A stretch of 64,000 bases of DNA from Paramecium tetraurelia. Its lineage: Eukaryota. Under the pieces are notes generated by a model, which had not been told where the DNA came from, searched no databases, and saw nothing but the letters and a program-made list of their open reading frames with translations. Positions within the stretch are counted from its first letter, which is position 1; each line of letters opens with the position of its first letter. Of this stretch, positions 52,835 to 64,000 are shown in pieces. The position numbers and the translations under genes are program-made. The DNA is taken from positions 124,001 to 188,000 of the forward strand of contig CT868656.1 of assembly GCA_000165425.1 (NCBI GenBank), read 5' to 3'.

Positions 52835-54854
52835 ATGAATTAAATGGATGGATTGATTGAAGAGAATACACAATTAAAGAAGGCCATTATATCCTCAAAA
52901 GCTGTCATATCGAGGAAGATAAGTAATAAAATTATAGAATCATTTAGATGAGTTTGAAACTCTACAAGCTATCAATGATGAATTAAAATAACAAGTTGAT
53001 AAGTTGAAATTGGATAATAATGAATTGAACCAAAAATTTAGAATTGCACTTCATGAAAAAAAGTAGACAGAATAATAATTTGATAATGCCAGCAAAAATT
53101 GGAAATTGTTGATTGAACAAAAACAAAGAGAATTAGAAGATATCTAAAATAAATTGAGTCCCTCTTTTGATTAGGATATGATCAGAATTAAATTGTTAAA
53201 CGAATTAGAAATACCCCATAGATAATAACTTGAAGTTAAATAGATTGAAATTGAAAAGTTAAATGAAGTTATTTATCAACTGAAAAGAAATTTGGATCTT
53301 GAAATTGCAAAAGTTGAAACAACAAAATTAGAAAATGCTAAAGAAATTAAATTACTTCAAGATAGATTTAAGTTGGATATGTCTGATTAATAACATTAGA
53401 TTCAAGAACTTACAAAAATAATAGAAGACAGCAAGGATAGAGATGTAATTAGGAGACTAAGAAAAGATTTAGATGAATATAAATTAAAATTTAATAATGC
53501 AGACATTGAAAATTAAGAATTAAGAAATGAGAGAGACAAGATAAGAGAAGAGAAAAATGAAATCATGATTAAATTTGCCAGGTAAATAGATTAAGAAAGA
53601 AATGATAAACGTTAATATAAAAGTGACTTTGATAAAATATAAGTGAGAACCAGATTTATCGAAGATGAATTAAGAAAGGAGAAGCAAAGAAGGGAGTAAG
53701 TGTCTACTGATTTTGAAATTATGAAAACAGAAAAAGATTAATTATTAACAGAAATAAGAAAGAAGGATGACACCATTCATTATCTACAGAGAAAAATCGG
53801 AGATATGGAAGAAGAACAATTAGAATAAGAATAAAAGGTTTAAGATAAGTTAACTCGTCTTTATTAAGATGAGCACGATAAGTATTTATAAGAGAGAAAT
53901 AAAGCAGTTACATTGTAGAAAGATCTTGATAATTTAAAAAAGAGGTTTAGTGATTTACAAGATGATTACAAAATACTAAAGGATAGATACTTAAAGGAAA
54001 ATAGTGATAATAAGGATAACAACAAAACCTAAAATGAAGAATTAGAGAAATTAAAGAAGATTGTGTCATAGTAGCTCAAAGACATAGGTGATTTAGAAAG
54101 ATCAAATAAAAATAGAGAAGAATAAATACACGACATTGAAAACGAAAATGAAACCTTGAAGAGAAGAAACAGAGAATTACAACATAGAATATAACTAATT
54201 GAAGTTAATCCTTTACCCTCACCCTAATAAACATAGATGATATATAATTAATCATAATACCCAAGTTTTGCTTAAGTCCCTCAATATGCTCAATAGATAT
54301 AAGAATAATATGATACTAAACCTAAATAAAACATTGTTATTTAATCTGAAAATGAACCTTAAAATTAAAATTCAACTTAGGCGTAAAAGTAGAGTATGTA
54401 ATAGATTACAGAGGAAAATAGATCCTTGATTCAAAAAAATAAAAAACTCAACAAGAAATTAAAGGAAGCTAATGATAAAATTTTAGAGCTTTCAATGAAA
54501 AATACCCTTTTAGAAAAGTAATTATAAAGGCAGTATTCTGTCCCTTCTGTGGCATATCAAGGATAATAAGGAAATTATACTCACTCTCAATCTCCCCTCA
54601 GATATCCTTATGAAGACTATGAATAGAGAGATACTAGACAATTTTAGCAGACTCATACTGATACAAGGTTGGATCGATTTGATAAATAGGATAGATATGC
54701 TTAACCCAATTAAGATAAATATCAATAAAGAAAAATATCAGGAACAAATTAATAATCTAAATAGGGCTATTCAAATGGGATTCATGAGGATGATTTGCTC
54801 AATAAAGTGATGATGCTAACTAATAATAATACTAATTAGACTCAATATTGGTGA
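52835..54854 (+). CDS. Coiled-coil protein resembling CEP83/CCDC41 (distal appendage)
   Basis: EQKQRELEDIQNKLSPSFDQDMIRIKLLNELEIPHRQQL recalls the conserved CEP83 segment (from memory). One 25-nt intron. Confidence 0.6.
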
Positions 54855-54913
54855 CTTTACTATTTATTTAATAAAAACTTATGTTAAATTTTATATAATT
54901 TATAATTCAAATA

Positions 54914-57357
54914 ATGCTTGCTTTCATGTTGCTATCATAGACATTAGCTTGTTTAGGTACTCACATGCATCTTATCTAGATCAGAATTGCATTGAATGTA
55001 ATTAACCTACGATTTGCACTGCTTGTGTATCAATTTTGACCAAACTCTTAGGTTTATCCCTTATTATTAAGCAACAATCAATGTGTCACCATTTGTGAAA
55101 CAAATTACTACCCAGACATAATAAATAATGTGAAATAGTGTTTAAAATGCAATGATAAATGTTTGGAATGTTATAATGGATCTCCAACAGGTTGTACTAA
55201 ATGTGTGAAGCCTCTGAGATTAATGTGTGGCAATTGTTTGGACAGTGAGATAGACTCAGAGTGTTCTGATTGCAGTTCCCAATGCGTAAACATATATCCA
55301 AATTATAAGATAACATGTTTTGGTAAAAGTTCATCTGAATGTTACCTCTGTAATCTTCCTAATTTTCGTTCTCCAAACAATGACAGTTGCGAATTAACAT
55401 GTGAATTCCCAATGTATGGAGATGTGTATGATTTCTAATGCAAAGAATTCTGTCCCTTTGGCACATATGGTTAGCCAATTTCAAGATAATGTTTACCGAA
55501 TTGTCCAGACCCCTATTTTAAAAATGAATTGAGCACCAATTGTGTCAAAGAAGTATTTTTTGATTAAGAATTTCAAGTGCCCCAAAGGTACTTATCCCTT
55601 TGATAGATCTTGCTAGATTTGCCATTCCACTTGTGAAACTTGTTCTGGGGGATAATCAACTGAGTGTCTATTTTGCAAGGAAGGCTTTTATATGTATAAT
55701 CAACTGTGTGGGGAATGTGCGAGTTAATAGTACTCAAACAAAGAAACAAGAACATGTGTTAATTATTTAACATATTCTCTTAACATTTTAGAGGCTCATG
55801 AGTCAACTATAGTATTTGAGATCTCATTTTCAAGCAGCATCAATCCAAAAACACTTGATATTAACTCACAAATAAATGTTGTGGATGTAGATCAAGCATA
55901 ATATATAATGTAAGTTATGATTTACATAGATAAGGACTTTAAGTTCTGTTTAAGATGATTAATTCTTTATAATTACCTTGGATTTTTATATATCTCACAG
56001 AATTACTCAAATCTCTTGTAATTTTACAAACAACATTATGAATGACGATAAAACTCCCATTCTATAGTCATCAGCCATTTAGGAATTGGATATACCTGCA
56101 TAGTTTATCCCACCTGAGACGGAAGCCAATATTAATTAGATTAATACTTATTTGATAATCAGTTATTTGTCTTATTTTTGCTTTTTGTTTCTCCTATGTC
56201 TTATCTTAAGAACTCAAAGAAGAATGTTCTACTTGATTATCAACAACCTGCAACTCGTTCAGGTGATGATTTTTATCAACTTTACTTATTCAACCCTTGC
56301 TTTAAATTCCCTCAAACTTCTGGATATTGTAAATCTAAGGAGAATACCGGCAATTGGGGTTTCAGAGGATGGGATTATATTGTACTTCTTCAATACACCA
56401 ATTTACAATCAAATTCCAAACAACAATTTGCTTTATAATGCAGGTTATTATTACAATTTCATAGCTAATGGAGGAATATAAATACTGGGAATATTGCTCA
56501 TTTTTTGGCTTATCTGGATTATCAGTTACATTTTGCACAATTTATACTAGATCAATAATAAATTAGAAACATTGAAGATCTACAGAGCTATGCATGAAGG
56601 CAGTAATGATTTGCTGGTTCGTGTGCATGAGTTTCTCTATTTTCCTTTGATTCTCATCTCCATTTTATAATTGTGGGGATATGATTTTAGTTCTGATATC
56701 AACATAGCTTCATTTGTATTGTCAATAGTCACTATATTGTATTATCTTTTATATTTCAGAAGTGTATACAAATCATAGTTTCTTGATCTAGATCAATAGG
56801 AAATGGAAAATAAATACTTCACATTCTTTTCAGATTTTAAATAAACAAATTACATCAAAAAGAACTATGAATTCATTAATTACTTCATGAAAACGAGTAT
56901 TGCATGTTCTCTAATTTTGCTGAATAACTTTCCTTATATCCAGTTTTCCATTTCAATAACTTTGATTGTCCTTTACTTCTTACTTCTAATTCAAAGAAGA
57001 CCTTACTTAAGAGACATAATGAACTATTCAGCCATTTTTGGAAATCTTATCATGGTCGGTTTATATTCAACAGCAATTGTTTCAGAAGTGGAATATCATG
57101 CTTAAAATAAGGATGTTATTATAAAAACTTAAGATGAATAATAATAATACAATTTTGGATTAGGATTCATGATTTTTATTTAAATTATTCTAGGATTCTA
57201 TGCAATTACTTTTAGCTTCAATAAATTCTTGGACTATTTGAAGTACTTGGATAAACAACCATAATCAGGAACGAGCATTTTATAAAAGATGGGAAAAGTC
57301 TTCTTTTCAGATAAGATGCAAGAAGTTGAAATGGGTAACATGTCATTTACAAATTGA
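54914..57357 (+). CDS. Furin-like Cys-rich repeat protein with C-terminal multipass membrane domain
   Basis: Signal peptide, CxxC repeats, spacer, then YLIINNLQLV.., RRPY and about seven or more TMs. Several introns. Confidence 0.85.
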
Positions 57358-57766
57358 ATTATTTAATTTATATTTAATTATTAAAATTTAAATATTAAAT
57401 ATAATTAATACTGCCCTTATATAATTAATTAATATAAATATATTCTTAGTAAAATCACAATTTAAAGAAATATGAAAATTGGAATGTTTTCAGAATTTCA
57501 TTATCATTATTAATTGGCTATTTCAGAAACGTTATTTCTTCAAATTCGATATCCACTCAATATATACTTACAATACTATAAGGATATATTATTTATTTGA
57601 GTAAATAGGACTAATTAAGACTTAGACAAATTAGTATGAATTGAAATTTCTATCAATTATTAAATATAGTTCTAGACAATACATTTTAATTACCTTTCTA
57701 TTTATATAAATTGATCTTAAGGAGGATAATAAATTGAAACTTAAATAAAATATATAATTTATATTA

Positions 57767-57973
57767 ATGTTTTTATAAACCCTTTAAAGAAAAAATAGTT
57801 TAAAAAGGATTTAGATTTAGTGTAATGAAATTAATAGCAATTTCTGCTTTAATTTTATACCAAAAATGTCGATGAAGAAATTTAAAGAACAAAAAAGTTT
57901 AAATTATAATAAAATATTAAAAGATAGAAAAAATGTAATGACCTTCTAGATGAGTAAAACAATTCAAATATGA
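57767..57973 (+). CDS. Possible tiny basic protein (68 aa)
   Basis: ATG-to-TGA open frame only; could be chance. Confidence 0.3.
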
Positions 57974-58182
57974 AATTCCTAAAAGTCAATAAAGTTGATT
58001 TAAGTGAGTCACCTAGGGTTTAACTATATATTATAAATATATTAATAATTAATAGCATTAATGAATTTCGTTTTAACACTAATTAAAGAAAAGCTTTTAT
58101 TTTTTTAAGAAATCTATATATATTAACTATAAGTCTAACAATTTTAAATTAAAGTTTTAGTATAATTTATTAATTAGAAAAG

Positions 58183-58530
58183 ATGAATCCTAATGCATCT
58201 CGTCTAAAATTTCAACCCGCTGTAACTCTCAATAAACGATCTTTCGACTTAGATTTATTCGAATTAGAGAAAATAAATTTCCTCAATAAGATGGATAAAA
58301 TGCTCTCTTAAATAAACAGTACTCAAGAGATTAGAACACCAACTTTTAATACCCAAACCGAAATATATGATAATAAAGCAAAATTGGTTGACCTGAACTC
58401 AAATTAAAAGAAAAATGTATTGATCATCAGCACAAAAATCACAAAAAAACTAAGTAAAAGTAAAACAAGCGATGTCTATGAATAATCAACTCTTCACAAT
58501 ACTCAAATGACTACATATTATGATAAATGA
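58183..58530 (+). CDS. Small hypothetical protein (115 aa)
   Basis: Open code-6 frame MNPNASRLKFQP...YYDK* in a locally less AT-rich stretch. Confidence 0.6.
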
Positions 58531-59611
58531 TGAAAAATTATATATATATGTCATTAGGTGTTTTTCAATATAAATTTTGGATTCCCTTACATATTTCTAT
58601 TAGTCTTCTAGATGTATTTACAATACCTAGACGGATATAATTTAAAACCTATAACTAAGTTATTATCCATTAACTCCTGATTGAGTGTAATTTAAGTGCT
58701 GTAGATTTTTGTGTTATTGACAAACGATATTTCTGTTTATTGCTGTTTATGGTACAGTTCTGTAAATATTCATATACGGATTTAGTTTGAAGGAATATAT
58801 ATTTATTTAGTCATAATTTTTAAATATTTAATAGAAGAGGACCAAAAATATCTAAAGATCTATGCTTTTGCTTTGACATCATAGACAATAATACCATCAA
58901 AGAATATCAACAGTAAAACTAACATATTATGGTTCTTCAGGCATAAGATATAATTATTGGGTGCGCTCTTTATTAATTTTTAATTTCCACTAATAAATCA
59001 TAATATTGATGATTAAAATAGAATGAATCTCTTAGTTTAAAGTATCAATAATTATACAGAGCATACTAAAAGTTGAAGAGTTTTTGGTTATTAGTCACTA
59101 GAAGCTTTTCTTTTACATATCAAAAAGAAAGTTCCTTGCTGTAATAATTATTTAGGAAAATATCTTAAAAATTACTATTAAATTATTAATATAATAATTT
59201 GTAATAATATAGTTTTATTTATTCATTGCCTTCGTAATCTCTGAATTAAAACAAAAATTGAATTTCCCACCTAAAAGAGAGCTAATATATTTAATTTCAA
59301 ACAAAACGGTTGAATTTATGAGAATTACGATTAGGATTAAATTTATCATAAGTTAAGAATGATTAAACTTTAATTGATAAATAAAATATTTTGAAAATGA
59401 TATTTGTATGATATGATATAATGTAATTATTTTATAGATTTCACTGAGCTAATTTTCTCTTTAATATGAGTGAATTAATTTTCAATTAATTTTACGAGCA
59501 TTTTATACTTTAATCAAGAATTACTTCTTAAATTATCTGCATTAGAATAATCATATAATTTTGCACAAAAAGTCTATAAAATAAATCATTAATAAAACAA
59601 ATATTTGAAAT

Positions 59612-60267
59612 TCAAGCATATTTATATACTAACACAATTGCAATGCTAGTCAAAAAGATAGCAAAAACAATTAAGAATATAATTTTGTGTTCTCTCATTT
59701 TAGATTAAATCCTTGATAATCGACTGTTTGATTCTCCCAAGTCGTATTAAATTTCAGGCATTTTGTTTATGTTTCTATCCAAGATATCAGACTGACCTTT
59801 CAATTGAACTTATATATTATTAGAAATTGTTTCAATTTCAAAGCACACCCTTTTTGCATCTTCCAATTATACAGTTTATTTGACTAACTTATCTTGAGTG
59901 TTAATGAATTGTATTTGTTGATTGTCTTATTCACCAAATAAGGAATCTTTAGTTTTTTGAGATGAAACCTCATCTTCTAATATTCTAAATTATTTTTTCA
60001 TTGCTTCAGTCTCTGATTTATATCTTTTAACCTTGTTTTTTAATTCCTGTCTATCAGACACTGCAATACTGGTTGATTCTATATCCATTTATTGTAACTA
60101 TAGGAATAAATTAACTATTTTACGCAATTCTGCAAATCAGTAAAAACAGAAGCTATCTCCTTTAAGGTTTCATCTGATCTGTTAATTTAGGTTTATCGAA
60201 TTAATGAGCAGACTTATTACTAATATTTTTCAAATTCAACTTCATAACTACTGAAAACTTCAGACAT
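59612..60267 (-). CDS. VTI1: Vti1-type Qb-SNARE
   Basis: MSEVFSSYEVEF, LQQMDIE, KVKRYKSE, SNARE motif LEDAKRVCFEIE..QLKGQSDIL, C-terminal TM. One 26-nt intron. Confidence 0.88.
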
Positions 60268-60354
60268 TCTCTTCTTTATATTTTTAATTAAAATAAAATA
60301 ATAAAAATTTGAATAAAATATATCAGAAAATAAAGTTTTTAAAAATAGTGATGA

Positions 60355-61153
60355 TCAAACAATTTGTCTTCTCCGAACATTGTCTTCTGATAGGACAGCT
60401 AATTTGGTTTCCAGATTTCTTATCTTTTGCTTGTATCCATTGAGTGTCCCGTCACTTCTTTCAGTTTCCTATGATTGCAATTAGTCTATTTTTTATCTAA
60501 ATCTAAATAGTTATTCTTCAGATGCACTTAATTAATCTTGTAATTTGTCACTTAATAATTTTAATTGCTCATTTTCGTTTAGAATAAAATCTATCTTTTC
60601 ATCGATATCACCTAAATTATTCAATTCATCTTGACTGAATTTCAATTATTCTGTTAATTCAGCATTTCTCTCTAACAATTATTTGATGTGTTCCTCCTAT
60701 GCTACAATAGTCTCCTTTTTGTTCTCAATTTATTAATCCTTATAATCTAATTCTTTGAGAACTGCCTAGTATTTGGTCTCTGTGAGGATTCTATCCTCAT
60801 CAGATTTACTGATATATTTAAATATAATTAGTTTACATCAATTATTCTTTAAGGATAGCAACTTCATCTCTCAATTGAGACAATTCAGTTTAATCGCATG
60901 ATCTTTGTTTCTAATATCTTGATTCCTTGGTTAGAAGCTATTTAATGAGTTCTGCTGATTTCTCATTTTCTTCGAGCAGAACTATAATCTTTTTAACTAA
61001 ATCCACTCTTTATTAGTTTGGAGAGAGATTCTCTTTGTTTTTAGGTGACTACCAAGTGGCATACTTGCAGTCAGTACTTACAGAGCGAACCTGTTGAAAG
61101 GGATTTCTTAAAAGGGCCGGCCCTTAAACTTTAGAAGGAGAACACACATTCAT
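60355..61153 (-). CDS. Coiled-coil hypothetical protein
   Basis: KIIVLLEENEK..KIDFILNENEQL heptads. Introns of 29 and 28 nt. Confidence 0.75.
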
Positions 61154-61290
61154 TAACGGTATATTTTATATTATTCATTTATATTCTTACCTAATTATAT
61201 ATTGTATATACAAGTGTGATTATATTCAAGATGATGTGTCTTGGAATGAGAATTCGTGATACATTAAATATTATTGTTTACAAATTAATT

Positions 61291-64000
61291 ATGATTGAAC
61301 TTCCAATTCTGGGAGATAAAGTAGAAGATACCTAAACGCAGGAATACTTCGAAGAGTTCAATGAACGATACGAATTGAGAGTTTACTATTATGAGGAAGA
61401 CAATAATTTTATGATTAAGATGCTACGCATAGTAAGTCTTGGGCTTTTTTCTCTTTTTGAAAATTGGTTTGTTTCTGTGTCATTGTTGAGGTATTAGAAT
61501 TAGTATAATGTTTAGTTTTCAGAAGAGTACAGATCCTACTCATTTGTTGATCCAAAAGATGAAAGATGGTAAACGGATGAGCAGAGATAAGATCATCAGA
61601 TGCAAGAGGGACGGAGATAGGATCAAATTTAAGTATGAGTACATTAACTTTTTGATCACTCCATAAAATTAATTGAAAAAGTTAGAATTGATTAATTACG
61701 ATTATAATGAGTTAAGTAAATACGAAGCCCAACAAAGGTAAATTTTATATGGAGAAAATATAATGCAAATTGAAGAATGCACCAGAAGTGAAATTTTATT
61801 TAAAGAAATCTTATCCCCCTTCAACATCTTTTAAGTGTTCTCCTTCATTGTTTGGTCTCTGGATGATTATTACCTTTACGCCTTTTTGATTGGCATTTTG
61901 ACCATAACATAAATTACCATAAGTTTATACGATTTAGAACAACAGAACCATAAAATACGAGAGATGATCTATTATGAAAGTTCAGTCATTGTTCACAGAG
62001 ACCATCATTCATTCAACATCTCCTCAAAAGACTTAGTCCCTGGAGACATCGTTGAAGTGACACCCAAATCGATGGTTACCTTTGATGGTCAAATCATTAA
62101 TGGAGAGGCCGTGTTCAACGAAGCCATCCTAACTGGAGAGAGTACTCCAATTTTAAAAACTATCAACATGGAAATCTTTAGTGGATGTAGCTGTTTGTCT
62201 GCAAGTTCCAATTGTCGAGCTCTAGTGAAATCAATTGGTTTTAATACTATCAAAGGGTCCTTGGCCAGATACATCTTATTCAATAATTCATATACTTATT
62301 CATTCCAAAAGGAATCACTCAAATACTTAATTGTTTTGGGTTTTTTGGGAGCAATTCTATCAATAACTAATTACTTTATACGTCTGAAGTCTACAAAAAA
62401 TCAATTTAAGAGCACCATTGAAGCTCTTGAAATATTTACCATTCTGATACCACCTTCATTACCTACAGCTTTGGGTGCTGGGTTATAAGTGGCTATTTAG
62501 AGATTAAAGGCAAATAATATTTTTTGCATAAAACCAGATAAGATTAATGTGAGTGGGATGGTCAATCTAATAGGATTTGATAAGACTGGCACATTGACTG
62601 AATCAACACTTAAGGTGTTGGGTTGTGTAGAAAAAGAATTATTACTAAATCCTAATCATTGTAAAGAGATCATGCAATTGGCATTGAAAAGTTGTCATAC
62701 TCTTGTTGGTGGTTGTGGGGATAGCTTAGAAATAGCCATGTTAGAGTGCTGTTAATAATAATTTGAGTTTGAATATCAGAAAGCCTATTAATTCGAGGCC
62801 AATTTGTAAAGAATGACAGTAATAATCAAATACAAAGGAAAATTGTTAGCCATTACAAAGGGATCATCAGAAATAATGGAGAGACTGTGTTTTTCAACAT
62901 TGCCTGATCAGTTTACATCTACTGTGAATAATTACTTACAAGAAGGATATAGATTGATATCATTTGGATATAAGGAGATAAGCGATGTTGATCAAGAGAG
63001 AAAATATATTGAAAATGGATTGCAATTTCTTGGGACTTTAGTGTTTGTAAATCATCTGAGAGAGGATTCCAGACAATTGATTGAGTAATTGAATTCAATT
63101 AACATTAAATGTGTAATGGTGACAGGGGATAACATATTGACATCAATCAATATTGCAAAACAATGTCAGATTGTAGATCCCAATCAACCTGTGATAACTG
63201 GATAAATAATTAATGACAAATTAGTCTTCGATAATAATATTAATGTAGAAGAAATAGAATAGATGAATTATTAAGTGGCATTGACAGGAGATTCTTGGGA
63301 ATGCGCAGATAAAGTATTTGTTAATATTATTTTTGAGTATCCTTGAAAAAACCAAAGTATTTGCCAGGATGAAGCCTTCTTAGAAGGGTAATCTTATGAT
63401 AAAACTTAAGAATATGAATAAAGGGATATTTACTGCTTTTGTTGGTGATGGTTGTAATGACATTTGTGCACTCTAACAAAGTGACATTGGATTAGCATTA
63501 TCAAATTAGGAAGCATCTTTGGCTGCCCCATTCCTTACTCCAATAATCAGAGTTTCGTAGATTTGCGAGATTTTGAAAGTTGGAAGGGGTTCCCTCATTA
63601 CAAGTTAATCTTGTTTTAAGTTCATGACTCTTTACTCTAGTATTCAGACCATAGCATTGACGATATGTTACGTCAGCAATACTAAACTAACAGTTGAGTA
63701 ATTTTTGTATTAGGATCTGTGGATTTTGATTCCAATTGCATTTACTATGAGTTTGACTAAGCCATCCGAGACTTTAACTATAGAGATGCCATTCGTTAGT
63801 TTGTTGAGTAGGTCCATCATTTTTTCGGTTATTGGATAATTGTTAATTTGTTGTTGTTGTCAATTGATCTCCTTTTCAACGTATGACCAAACTTAGATCA
63901 CACCATTGAATATGGATTTTGTTAATCCAATCAATACTTAATAAATAATATTGGGCAATACTCAAGTCATTGCTGTTGCAATTGCGTATTCGTAAGGTAA
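61291..64000 (+). CDS. P5B-type P-type ATPase (ATP13A-like), truncated by window end
   Basis: FQVFS..WSLDDYYLYA, LVPGD, LTGES, PPSLP, DKTGTLT, MVTGDN, FARM.P.QK, VGDGCND. Confidence 0.93.

Overview
This window is gene-dense, very AT-rich ciliate macronuclear DNA, almost certainly Paramecium. Genes only read through with the ciliate code (TAA/TAG = Gln, TGA = sole stop), they carry 21-31 nt GT..AG introns, and an epiplasmin gene is present. The supplied standard-code ORF track therefore fragments real genes and invents poly-Ile/Asn ORFs over poly-Gln tracts. Manual re-translation gives about 35 genes. Recognisable ones include a Rab GTPase, a WD40 protein, a TmcB-like PAS membrane protein, a Cys-rich mini-antigen, p24, Myb, a Ctr copper transporter, U1-70K, a Ser/Thr kinase, epiplasmin, U2AF65, a MATCAP/KIAA0895-like peptidase, an importin-alpha-like protein, saccharopine dehydrogenase, dynein LC8, a RING-H2 ligase, FabF/OXSM, kinesin-12, a CEP83-like protein, Vti1 and a P5B ATPase. 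The most unusual items are (1) an apparent fusion of a Cys-less UBC/UEV-like domain to a degenerate ALG6/ALG8-like ER membrane protein, head-to-head and only 10 nt from a Rab with an N-terminal MCCG and no C-terminal prenylation Cys, (2) a small secreted protein with five GFGxGxxVYE repeats that looks like a peptide precursor, and (3) a ~2,970-aa secreted protein with ten tandem LamG/ConA-like units. No tRNA, rRNA, CRISPR, transposon or telomere repeat was recognised. All family calls come from motif recognition by eye, not database searches.
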